Below the pieces are notes generated by a model, which was given only the letters and a program-made list of their open reading frames with translations, did no database searches and was not told where the DNA came from. The translations under genes and the position numbers were made by a program. This document shows positions 11,684 through 23,419 of a stretch of 64,000 nt of DNA, in pieces; the first letter of the stretch is position 1, and the number at the start of each line of letters is the position of its first letter. Where the stretch lies: the NCBI GenBank assembly GCA_002189035.1, contig NEEC01000018.1:434001-498000 (forward strand), in the 5' to 3' direction. This stretch comes from Utricularia gibba. Its lineage: Eukaryota > Plantae > Magnoliophyta.

Positions 11684-13740
11684 TATTTTGAAGTCAGTCA
11701 GTTTGGTGTAAGCAGGTAAACCCAACCCCAACTCCAGCGGAGTCTTGCGTTACCTACTCCTTTATCTTCCGTATTACAAACTTGGCTTGGTTTCGCTTTC
11801 CTTGCAATCGCTGTTTGTTTGTCGAGTGGTTGACCCTTCTTCGTATGATGGGGCTGTATCATGGATGTGCTACGTTGCTTTGCATGTGCTGCTGTTCATC
11901 CCATGCTCAACATGCTGATGCTGCCAACGCACGAACTCCACCCCAACAAACTTTTCGTTACAGTATTTTACTTTTTTAAAAATAATCAAATGGATGATTT
12001 TTCTTTTTTTTTTTTTATGTATCATACAAGGGTGACAATGAATTTACAAATTATCATTGTGCGTGGTCACAAAGAATAATTTATGCCGAATTATCAAGCA
12101 CAAATTATTCATTGTGCTTGACAAGGAAAGTAGGCTGCCACAAGAACCACCGTTGGATGAGGTATTCAACACTACTAGACTACTAAAAGAGATTCGTTAA
12201 TAATTTTGATGAATACATATTTATTTAATATATCAAAAAAATTATTATATTTCATGAAAATAAATCTATACTTCAACTTCTTTGAAATTTTATAATTTCA
12301 TTTTTCAATATTTTCAAAGAAATTTTTTAATGCGCTAGAAATGTATTTTTTTTCAAATAATACTTCGAAAAATAGCTTTCTTTATATATATATATATATT
12401 TTTCAATAACTTTTTAAAATAATGTTACATGGAGAATTATTTTTAAAATATATATATCATTTAAATTTTTTTGTAAATAATTCGATTCTTTGCATTTTAT
12501 TAAAATTTTGATATATTCTAAATTTTTTCACAAAGTTTTATAATTTCTTAATAATTATATTAAATATTATTATTATTATATAATTCTTATTCATATAAAT
12601 AATTTGAAAGTATTCCAGGCATATCATTAATAATACGAGTTGCCTATATATTTTTTAATGTTGATTGTATATTACCTTTATATTTATAAATTTTTGTGTA
12701 GAAAACAGTTACACCTCTAGTTACGGTTAGAAAGCCATGCCCGAAAACACCGCAGCAGCGTTCACCTTTTTTAAAATATTAAAAATAAAAAATTGGAAAA
12801 AAGAAATGTGGCGGCACCTAAAGGTCACTGGCGTATGAATACGGTTGAACGGTAACATCATCCAGCCATCTAAAGTACTTCTAGCCACTTGGCGTGTTTG
12901 GTGGAGTATACAAGGAGGTTTCAATATATTAATTTTTAAAAAATTCGCATTTGGTATTATTTTTAAAAAATAATTGTTCTTTTAAATAAAAAAAAATAGA
13001 TGGCGCATTAAAAAGAATACTTTTTATTAAAGATTTTTAATAATTTTTCGTTCAAAATATAAATGAAATTTAAAAGATCGAACGGGTATCGATACTCGAG
13101 CTCTTCATTCCTTAAATTTATGTACATGATTTATATTTCTTTTGAATGAATAGCACGAGAATGTTTTTATCTTAATTTCAATTTACATAACATTATAATT
13201 GAATGAATTTTCTTGCTTTACCTTCAATGATGACATTTGAGTATTCTTTCTCAATTATATGCTACTGCTTTGAATGAGCATAATTATGTTATACATGCAT
13301 TTTTTTCGAAGGTCTTTTTTGTGTTGCTGCTGCTAAACATTTACAACTCGTAAAATTTAGATTGTAATGTTATGCAATTTATGATTTTGGTTTGGAGTTA
13401 TTTTTTAGTTATTAATATCCTATTTAAATTAATAGGAATTTTGGTCGTTTCTTAAAAAGTATGTTCTTTTCTAAAATATTGGCTTATCACCAAAAAGGCA
13501 CAAATGAAGAAGAGTAAATTCAAAAGACACATGGACCATTTAGTTATCACTTTAAAGCGGTTCTACTTGAAGTTCTGTTTTTGATAGGACATGTTACTTG
13601 TTAAAGCAATTCCATAGTTACAAACACCCCAAATAAGTTTATATGGTTCATTATTTCCTGAGAGGTTGTGTTTTTTTTGTTATTTAAATTCAATACATTA
13701 TACTACATTGTATTTTTAATATAAAATTACTTAGAAGCTA

Positions 13741-14330
13741 CAGATGTTTGTTCGTATATTCCAGCAATGGTAGCATGTGGTGATAGGCGAAACACCAAAA
13801 TCAAAAGAGACAAATATCATTTAATGGCATAAGAGTATGTGGTCAAAATATGAACTTCATTTATTTTGCTATGACTAGAATTAATTTGAATTTTTGTGTT
13901 CCTAAACCAAATTTATTTCTATTGATCATTTTCTAAATTATCCATAATGCTGATATAGTAAAATCAAAAATATATTTATTTTCCGTTTCTTAATTTATGT
14001 CAATACTATTTAGCAAATAATGGATACACAATTTGCAAATGGTTTCTAACACCGTATAGACATGTGCGATGTCATGTGAAGGGATATGGTATAGGGAATC
14101 AAACACTACAAAATACTAAGTACTTTGATATGAGGAATTCATCAGCAAGTAACGTAATTGAGAGAACTTAAGAGGTTCATAAAGCTAGATGGCGAATTTG
14201 GTATTTACAGTCATTCTACCCTACAGAGGCACAATGTGATGTGATTATAGTATGAGATTTTTTCTTCAAAGTGAATCATGATGCAATGGATTTAATTATT
14301 CTAGAATAATTTCAAGAAAAACATGGAGAA
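13741..14330 (+). mobile_element. PIF/Harbinger DDE transposase remnant
   Basis: The translation GYTICKWFLTPYRHVRCHVK...FDMRNSSASNVIERT*EVHKARWRIW...FYP matches the Harbinger GY....FLAPYR...RHSS.RNVIER.FG.LK.RW.IL motif. Confidence 0.7.
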
Positions 14331-14869
14331 TAAGGTTTATATCCCTATTACAGGATGAAGAATAAGGTTTCATTTTTACTATTGAGAGGTTCCTTACTTC
14401 GACAACTGCATGAGATGAACTCACAAACAATTTATGAAATAATTACACAAATGGATGCGGAATCTGTTCAGTTTCGAAGTTATGTTTTATTGATTCCTTA
14501 TTCAAAACTACGTTTGGATTAAAAGAGTATTTTTTATTCCAGTTTCCTATTCGATTTGTGAGTATGGAATTGATTAGACCATCAATGTTCATCCTATAAC
14601 ATCATTCAAGTTTATTGTGATTCATTATGTTTTATTTTAAAATTATTTCATTATGGTAATGCAAACAAGCTTATTGTTACAATTTAGAAAACATAAAAAA
14701 TTAAATTAAAACGGTTATTGTATAAAAAAATCAATTTTAAAGAATAAGTTGTAGATGAAGCCCTAAATGAAAGAAAAATATATCTGTAAATTAATGTTCA
14801 CTGCTATATTCATTAAGTTGTATATATATATATATATATCAGTATCCAAGTATAGAGACTCATTCATTT

Positions 14870-15140
14870 TTTCTATTGTTCTCGTGTTGCTTCAATCTTT
14901 AATGTTATATCATTGAAATCAACGCCTAACTTGTTCAAAATATCTTGCAATATAACGCATTGAGTTTTTCAGTTCTTCACCCTCCAGAATATATGAGGAT
15001 TTGTGCATATAAGTGTGTCATACCTGTTTGCCAAAATGTAGCTTTTCAATGCTTCGTGAAAACTACTTTGAGAACATTTTCCATTTCCATCCTTTGTCGA
15101 CGATTTTACAAAATTCAATAATCAGCAAGTGTCTTTCTTT
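14870..15140 (-). mobile_element. Myb/SANT-like ORF1 remnant of the same Harbinger element, convergent with the transposase
   Basis: The minus-strand translation EFCKIVDKGWK...KN*KTQCVILQDILNKLGVDFNDITLKIEA resembles the Harbinger Myb-like DNA-binding ORF. Confidence 0.5.
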
Positions 15141-16387
15141 TAGAGATTAATCTGATCTAATATTGCTCATTGTTATACACATTGAAAAGAAACCAGTCAA
15201 TGAAATTGTAAGAAAATGATGAAGAAAAAATGACAAATAGGATAATTTCGAAGTTTGAGAAAAAATCAGAACAAATAGTTGTAATTGGAATTAAAAACGT
15301 CCTTTGATAAGTTCATACAACTTTCACATCAAAACATATAATTGTATTCCAAATATTAAATTAAAATTAAAATAACATTTTTATTATATCAAAATTTAAA
15401 TTTAATAACCACTAAATTTTATTACTACCAAACTCTCTACCTCCTATGTTTCTTTACGTAAAAGATTTATGGAAAATGTTCATTTTTTTAAATTTTTGAG
15501 TAATTTTTTTTAAAATAATTTATAAAATAATTGATTTTTTAGAATAATTTTCTTTTTTCCTTAATCATTTATGTTTTTATATTTTTATTCTTTTTTATAA
15601 CTCTATACACATAAATAAAAATAGTTAATCAAAACAGTATACACAAAAAATATAAATCGAAATACATCCACAATAAAGATAATTAAAAATACAACCAATG
15701 ACCGTTCATTCTACACTTTTAGGGGTATTAGTATTTGATAAACTCCCAATCCAATGCAACCTTAGTTGAATTGCTCAATTGATAGTATCCTCGTTTTTGT
15801 TTTGCATTCGAGGAATAATGATATAAGTTCATAATTTAATATAACGATAAATGTTTTAATAATAAAATAATACTAATATACTAATACAAGTAATTTCAAA
15901 ATGTAGTTAGAATGAATGTTGGATTCAATGCTATAAATATGTGTATTTTTATAGTTCTAAAAATAAAATAAGGTTAATAAACAAAAACTTTGAATATATT
16001 ATTCAATATTATCTGCAAAAAATTTAACCGAAACTTAAAAGTATTTTGATGCTTTACTTCAATCATAAATTTTGAAGGAATACAATTTCAAAATTATTAT
16101 CAAATTCCACTAAAAAATTAATTGTTTAGTTATAAAATCTTTCAATTAAAGTTTTCTTAATAATTAATGGATTATACTATTATTAAAATTATAGTTAAAT
16201 CCATAATTAATTTTTTTTTCATATTTTAATGTATTTATTAATATTTGTCTAGTTATACGAATTGCAATATGTAAGAAAGTAATATTAACTCAAATTTCAT
16301 TTAATAATAATAACATGCATAATAAACAATAGATTGGGTTGAATAAACTCTAAAAATAACAAGAGATAAACTAAACTTGATTTTAGG

Positions 16388-17715
16388 TGATTCATGTCGT
16401 TTCTACAACAAATTTTAAAAATTCATAAAACACAAAGTACGTAGTACGGATGTTGAATACATGGAGTTATTTTTCTAGTAAAAGGTGAAATTATACCGAA
16501 TACAACTATCATACTTTGTAAATAGGTTTAAAAAGTAAAGGGTGCGAGGAACGTAAATGATGGAACTTCAGTAAGGGGATCACAAACAAATAATAGAAAT
16601 AAACTGGAAAGATGAATTTTAGATAAAGAGAATGTTGTTGTGATTAGAACCTTGCCCGACTACATTTGTCACATTTTCACTCTTTTCTAATCCTCTCACG
16701 TACTCGATTATAGGAATAAGAAATTGTATATACTCCCTTACACTTTCTTGCAAGAAAGCATGAGAATAGCCTGATGGAACGCAAAGATAAGAGGTCCTGT
16801 CGTCATACCCTCATGGTCGAATTGTGCATGTGTGACCAAGTGTTGCTAATAATCCAATCAGTTCAGATACAAGGTTACTATCTGTCTATTGATGCTAAAG
16901 TATATATGTAGACGAAACGTTGTCTCCCCCGAATTGAAAGGGCATGAGTTGGTGTTTTTGAACTTGACCTTTACAAAACTCGCAGATAATGATCAGCTTA
17001 TCATGAATCTTAAATAAAGGAGCTGTGACGAAAAAAGAGTTAAATAATTGCATGAAAACATATGAAACCAGATTAGATTCAAAGAAGAAATGGAGATTAA
17101 CTAATGAAATGTAGAACTAAGAGTATTCCAACACAGAAATAAAAGTTTCCTACCGTAAACCGTCATACAAATTAAGGAAATGAAAACAAAGTTCTAGATA
17201 GAAGCTAAAAAAAAAAAATCATATAGAGAGATAAACAAAAATCTAAAACTAAAACTTGAATTGAAAGTTGAATCCCAGTCTGAATTGAAACTCAACTACT
17301 TCAGTCCAAATTTTTGTGTTCCTTTGATTCAGTTAGACTCAAATGACTTGCAAGGACACTCCTACTCTGACATTGGGATGCTAATAATTTCATTTGTCAG
17401 AGGCTTCTATGTACTATACGTCAAGACTCATCATTAGGTATTTACAGTCTTCCAAAAATAAAAAAAATATCAGTTCGGGAAGATCTATTTTATTGCCATA
17501 TGATGCTCTCTTTATCACTCTTATTACCATGTATTCGTCCCTAATAAAACTGAAACAAGACTAAACAAAAATATTAAATAAAATACATAATTTAGCATAA
17601 TTACTCTAATGTAGATAAAATCTAAACCTATATTATAAACTCACAATTGGTCAATTATTATTACATTTAAATATCTAAAATGACCTAAAATATAGTAAGA
17701 AAATGACAGTCAACA
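16388..17715 (-). mobile_element. Solo LTR of about 1.33 kb, related to 2275-3548 and 1875-3830
   Basis: Its minus-strand start TGTTGACTGTCATTTTCT compares with TGTTAAGTGTCATTTTCT at 2275. Its end aaatttgttgtagaaacgacatgaatca compares with aaatttgttgagaaaacaacatgtaaca. Flanks TTAGG/CGAGG match only 3 of 5. Confidence 0.6.
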
Positions 17716-17779
17716 CGAGGAGATATTTTTAATTCATCCTAGTAATTGATGCATATATTGTATCGCGTAAGTTATTCAT

Positions 17780-18480
17780 ATATCAATCATGAGTTGAGTA
17801 TGCAAAAGCTTCTTAAGTTGATAGAGCTATTCAAGGATTATATGGTGAAGTACAATTATTAACTTCAAAACGCAAGAAATCTGAATCATTTGCATCAACT
17901 CTCTTGATAAAATTACAAATTACCATAGTTGCTAGTATAAAATAGAGCTTTTTACTTGGTTCATTGTCATAGTACGACATCTCTCACCATTATCATGGGA
18001 TGAAGTCTATTTTTGTGCAGAAATTAATTGCAAACATTCTCATGCCCTAACACTAAGGTGTTTAATGTTAGTTATGGATTGCTCAAATTTGTCAATGTAA
18101 CTTGTATGTGTCACCTTGTTGAATGAATCCCTGACTCGAGGAGTTGTAAATTACTTCATAAGATTTGCTCATAGATGTCGATTGCAATATTGATGACATC
18201 CTCCATGGTATTCATTTAGAGCTGACACAAATAGTGCTTTCTTTCTTATTGAATCACATTAATCAGAAGTAAAAACTTTTAAAGTTGTGTGAGTTTCACA
18301 ACAATAAGCAATATATATTTGTTGGAAAAATATTTTGGTATGCACATATACATAATCCAAATGATCAAAATACATAGTACAATGTTTCACCATCTTGCCG
18401 ATATTTGTAGGTAATCACTGTTCCTTCATTTTGAAATTGGTAAAATCACTATTTGGATACATCACATTCACTCAAAGTTG
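17780..18480 (-). mobile_element. MULE transposase remnant
   Basis: The minus strand gives NEGTVITY...YYVF*SFGLCI, then SDSIRKKALF...CHQYCNRHL*ANL and GERCRTMTMNQVKS. These echo MULE-domain motifs (ISD..KGL, H..C.RHL..N, MTTN..ES). Confidence 0.6.
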
Positions 18481-18868
18481 CACATATAATGTATCACATT
18501 TACAAAGTTATATATTTGGTACATCACGATATAAAAATAACAGTATTGGGTTATAACCCACGTCCGTGTGCTGAAAAAAACAGTGCATTCGATCCTTAAA
18601 AATAACACATAAGGATCGAAGGCATTCAAAATGTCTGAAATTTTTTCAGACAAATTTTATTTTTTCAGAATAAAAGTACACAATTTTTCTTTAAAAGTTT
18701 ATTATCAAAATTATCAAAATGTCTGCAATTTTTTGTATCACTACACAAATATATGTAGTTTATTATTTTTGGTTATTTTATGAGAATACTTATGGTATTG
18801 TTATTTCAAATAACAAATACATGTTTTTGTTATTATTTTTTTTGATATAAAACTATTATAATTATAAT

Positions 18869-18989
18869 GGAAAAATTTGAGAATGTGTCACCCAACACTA
18901 AGTAATATTAGTCAATGTGCCCCTATACTATCGAAATTAATGCATTTGCCACTAAACTCATTATGTCGTTGCAAATGTGCCACCCAAGT
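18869..18989 (+). repeat. Left TIR of MULE-1
   Basis: GGAAAAATTTGAGAATGTGTCACCCAACACTAAG... is the reverse complement of 23180-23300 apart from 4 positions. Confidence 0.95.
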
Positions 18990-19388
18990 ATTTTTTTGGT
19001 TTAATATTTTGTTTTTTTGGCACGTGTGAAGGGAAAAAGAGTAAAAACTCACGCGCCCCCTTTGCATTAACCCGCTAAAATCCCTTGTTTGTTACCATTC
19101 TTATTTTTAGGTCTCATTGTTTTCAATCGAAATTCCCCCTCCTTCCAATCGAGGTTCCTCTCTCAGTTATCTTCGCATTGAATTCCACGGGTCTGAGTTC
19201 CATTTCTTCGCATATGAATTCATTTCTGGGTTCCATTTTTTTCCAATCAGATAGAATTGAAAAACATGCAATTTTGTGGGTTTTGATGACAATGTTGTCA
19301 TTTACGAAGAAGTCTACACATTTTTTTCAAAAATTTCCTGAAAACCATTGGTTAAAGCTTTCATGTTCATATTGCAGGCGTAGCAATA

Positions 19389-21496
19389 ATGAGCGATGCT
19401 GAGACTTCTTCTTCTAGCAGTGATGACTCCCAAGAGGAGAGTTTATTTGACTCTGATTATGACATTGTGGTGGAGGAAAATGATGAATAACATATCAGCC
19501 CCACATCTTCTGCTGTGCTTATTTTAAGTGCATTTATTCATGTTGGAGAACCAGAATATGACTTACAAGAGGACATCAATGATGAGTGTTTCATAGAAAA
19601 ACACACTTCATAGACAACTAGTTCAAAGAGTAATAACAATGTTGGAAGAAATAAATCAAAAGTTATTGATAACTCTGTGAGACAGTGCAGCAGAAGGCAG
19701 TCTAACTTATTTGTTGGGATGGAATTTAGGAGCAAGAGTCATGCTAGGGAGGTCATAAGGAATCATTGTTGTAATATTGGTAAGGATATTGTTTTTACAA
19801 AGTCAGACACTTGGAGATTACTGGTTATGTGCAACCATCCAAGTTGTCCATGGAGAGCTCGAGTTAGCAAGCCAAAAGATGCACCTGGTATATGGAAATT
19901 GAAAACTGTAGAACCAAATCATGTTGATGATTGTGGATGGGTAACTGTGAATGTGGCAGTGAAATCAACTTGGCTTGCAAGATATTTTGTGCAAGAATTG
20001 CGTGATAATCCCAAGTTCGATAGCAATAGTTGGTGAGATAAAATTACTAGTAGCGTGAATATACAGATTTCAAATTATCAAGCATGGAGGGCCAAGAAGT
20101 TAGCATTTGTGATAATTCATGGTCACAATGTTGAACAATTTAGGATGACTGAGAATTACATTGCCGAAGTTAAAAGATGTAACACAGATACTACAGTTGT
20201 GCTTAAGTGTGAACCAGGGTGTAATGGGGAGAGGACATTTCAAAGGGTTTATTTTTCATTTGGAGCTTGTCGGGATGGGTTCTTACGAGGTTGTAGACCA
20301 CTTGTAGGAGTTGATGGGTGCTTTTTGAAGGGCCCATTCAGAGGGCAGTGCTTGTAGCTGTTGGTATGGATGTTGCCAACAATATTTATCCTATTGCTTG
20401 GGCAGTGGTTGAAGGTGAAAATGGTTGTAGTTGGTCATGGTTCCTTCGAATACTGAAGGCTGATTTGAAAATCACTGAAGACAATATTAGACTTTTCACC
20501 TTTATTTCTAATAAAGACAAAGGTTGGAGATAGGGTTTAAGGATAATTTACAGAATACATACAACTGTTTTGCTTGCGGCACTTGTGGACAAACATGAAA
20601 AAAGCCAGCATAGACTCTGTAGTGACCAAGATTGCACTCTGGGCTGCTGCTTCATCAACTACTATGGATATATTCAAAAAAAAAAAATGCAAGAATTGAA
20701 AGACGTAGATATTGCAGCCTATGAGTGGTTACAAGACAAAGATCCAGTTTTTTTTTTTATGTAATGCATTTTTTGATGAACACTTGAAATGTGACACTCT
20801 GATGAACAACATGACAGAGTCTTTTAATGCTTGGATTTTAGAAGCTCGAGACAAGCCTATAATACAGTTGTTGGAAACTATAAGGACCAAGGTTATGTTG
20901 AGGATGCAAAATTGCAGAGAGCAAGCTAGAACCTGGTCACCTGGGATTTGCCCGAAAATCAGGAACCTTCTGCAAAAATCCATTGAGAAAGCTAAGAATT
21001 TTAGAGCCACGCCATGCAATGATGGAATATGGCAAGTTAACAGCTTAGATGCGCAAGTGTTGGTGAATTTAAACAAGCAAACATGTGCTTGCCATAAGTG
21101 GGACCTTAGCGGTATTCCTTGTGCCCATGCTATCAAAGCAATTTGGGCTTCCCATAGAGATCCATACAACTGTGTCAATGAATGTTACAATGTGGAGAAG
21201 TATTCAACTAGTTATGCTGGTATTATTATGCCAGTTAATTCTTCGGAATACTGGACAGCTGTGGAAAAACCCCCTGCAGCTGCCCCTCCATTTTGAAAGA
21301 GAAGAGGTAGACCTCCTAAGTTAAGGAAAAGACAGCGGGATGAACCACTGCCCCCTAGCAATGGAAAACAAAGGCTTCGAAGTGGGAAGAGAATAATGCA
21401 GTGCAGTAATTGTAGAGAGATTGGGCATAACAAAGTAAGATGCAAAATGCCTGAAAAATCACATGCTCCATCACAACAGTCAACAAAATGTTCTAG
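19389..21496 (+). pseudogene. MuDRA-like transposase region of MULE-1, disabled
   Basis: Contains LFVGMEFRSK (MuDR), CRPLVGVDGCFLKG...AWAVVEGENGCSWSWFL (MULE), NNMTESFNAWIL, CACHKWDLSGIPCAHA (SWIM) and CSNCREIGHNKVRC (CCHC). In-frame stops occur at 20034, 20531 and 21294 among others, and there are frameshifts. Confidence 0.9.
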
Positions 21497-21630
21497 GTAG
21501 ATTCTGAAAAATCTTATAATTATATTTTTTTAAAAATAACATAACTAATATTGCAACTAATCCTCTTATTATAATGTGTTGTGATTTATTGTTTGATATT
21601 CCAAATGCTTCTCTTGTTATATTTGTTTAG

Positions 21631-22936
21631 AGACACAACTGAAGCAAAAGAGAACGCGACATTCGAAGAATCAACAAGTTCTCTACCTGCCCAAAAGAAT
21701 AGGAGGAAACCAAAAGTGCATGTTGTTTCAATCCCACATGTTACAGAAAATGAAGAAGGTAGCAGTGCACCTCAAATATAGTCTGCTAGTCACCACACCA
21801 CAATAGAGATCAAACAAGATGTTGGCCAATCTTCTCTACATACTTATGAGGAGATTGATACCTGTCATACTCCAAAACACAATCCAATTAATGTGTCATC
21901 ACAAACCCCTCCTTTCCATAGTCCTATAGTTACTAGAAGAGCTACATATTTTGGGCCACATCCTGATGCTATAAGTATTGCAAGATTTGGAATGCTTCAA
22001 GATGAGACATTCACCAAACTGCTTGAATAAGTTTCAACCCCATATGTTTTTTGTATGATGGGTCTACTTCAATAGGATTTCATTATCATATTTTATCAAA
22101 TATATTACAGGAAGGTTCGACAATCAATACCTCAAGCTCGCAACAAACTGTATGTGTTTGTTGAATGTTTGTATTTTGGAACATGGTGTCGAGGTGAACA
22201 TGTGGAATCAATTATGAAGAAGCTGCGCAAGATGCAAATGTTTAATAGAAAGAAATACATTTTCATCCCTGTTGTAGTAAGGTACATTTTTTTCATTTAT
22301 TTAGATACATAATTACTAAAAATTCACAATATTCTTCATATGTGCAGTAGTCATTGGTATTTGGTGATTCTCTGCAACCCAAGTATCAAGAATAAACGTT
22401 CCTTGATTGTTTTGGACTCATTGGGGAAGTCCAATATTTCATTAAATGAGTCAATGATTAGAAGGTATGAGTGATAGCTTAGATTTGAGAAATTTTTCAG
22501 AGTTGCAGTTATATAAACATTACATTTTTCTGGTGGTTGTAGGTTCATTAACAATCTATATGCAGTGTTGAAGCCATCTGAACCAGAGGATACTTATCGG
22601 AAGATGCCATTAATCAAACCAATGGTATGGATTTAATGCTACAATTCTCAATGCGATTTTTTGAAATTTACAAATCAGGTGCCTACTCAAACGGGAGCTA
22701 GTGAATGTGAATTGTATGTGCTTTATTACATAAACATGTTCGTGCAAAGTGCTTTGGATCAATTCGACATAGAGGGATATCCTTACTTTGTACGTCATAG
22801 ATATATTCAGTGATTTTATATTTTAATGAGTCACTAACTTTTGTTTCATTACCAGATGACTCCTACTTGGTTTACTAAACGGGAGTTGGAGGCATTTGTC
22901 GAAGATATTGGCGTTGCACAGGAAATTAGTCATTGA
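21631..22936 (+). pseudogene. Linker plus Ulp1/peptidase C48 (SUMO protease-like) exons of MULE-1: 21631-22026, 22111-22281, 22351-22464, 22543-22624, 22679-22789, 22856-22936
   Basis: The spliced translation gives KKYIFIPVVVS-HWYLVILCNP...VLDSLG...VPTQTGASECELYVLYY...MTPTWF, containing the His, Asp, Gln and Cys of the C48 site. The GT-AG junctions are phase-compatible, except the donor at 22027, which reads ATAAGT. Confidence 0.8.
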
Positions 22937-23179
22937 TAATGTTATGTCCCTTCTACTTTTGTTTTGCAACGGTTTAAAACTATGGATATTGATATCTTTT
23001 GCCAGGTGATACATGTTTGGTATTTTGTCTCATTTCACCTTTTATATTATTTTTTAAGATAAGTGGCACAAAACTCAATCATTTGAACATATAATGGCAC
23101 ATTTTTTTGTTTACGTGCGTGTCCTTACACACGACCATTACTCACATGTATGTAAGGGTATTAATTAAAATGGGAAAAG

Positions 23180-23300
23180 ACTTGGGTGGCACATTTGCAA
23201 CGACATAATGAGTTTAGTGGCAAATTCATTAATTTCGATAGTATAAGGGCACATTGACTAATATTACTTAGTGTTGGGTGGCACATTCTCAAATTTTCCC
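23180..23300 (-). repeat. Right TIR of MULE-1
   Basis: Its reverse complement reads GGGAAAATTTGAGAATGTGCCACCCAACACTAAG..., and the TSD follows immediately. Confidence 0.95.
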
Positions 23301-23419
23301 TAATTATAATAGTTCAACCAAACACGGCCTTAGGGATAGACCATGAGTTATATAAGCTGTCATCTTTCCATCCTCTTCATTAAAATCGTATGCGTCCGTG
23401 TGCACCTCCGTGTGCCATG

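Larger units (their letters stand above)
18869..23300 (+). mobile_element. Full-length Mutator-like element (MULE-1) with transposase and Ulp1/C48 protease module
   Basis: 121-bp TIRs at 18869-18989 and 23180-23300 with 4 mismatches, and a perfect 10-bp TSD TAATTATAAT (18859-18868, 23301-23310). MuDR, MULE, SWIM and CCHC motifs are internal. Confidence 0.95.

Noticed and set aside
15765-15815. tRNA-derived SINE or tRNA-like A/B boxes
   Set aside because: The A-box resemblance is partial, the B-box is poor, and there is no cloverleaf or tail.
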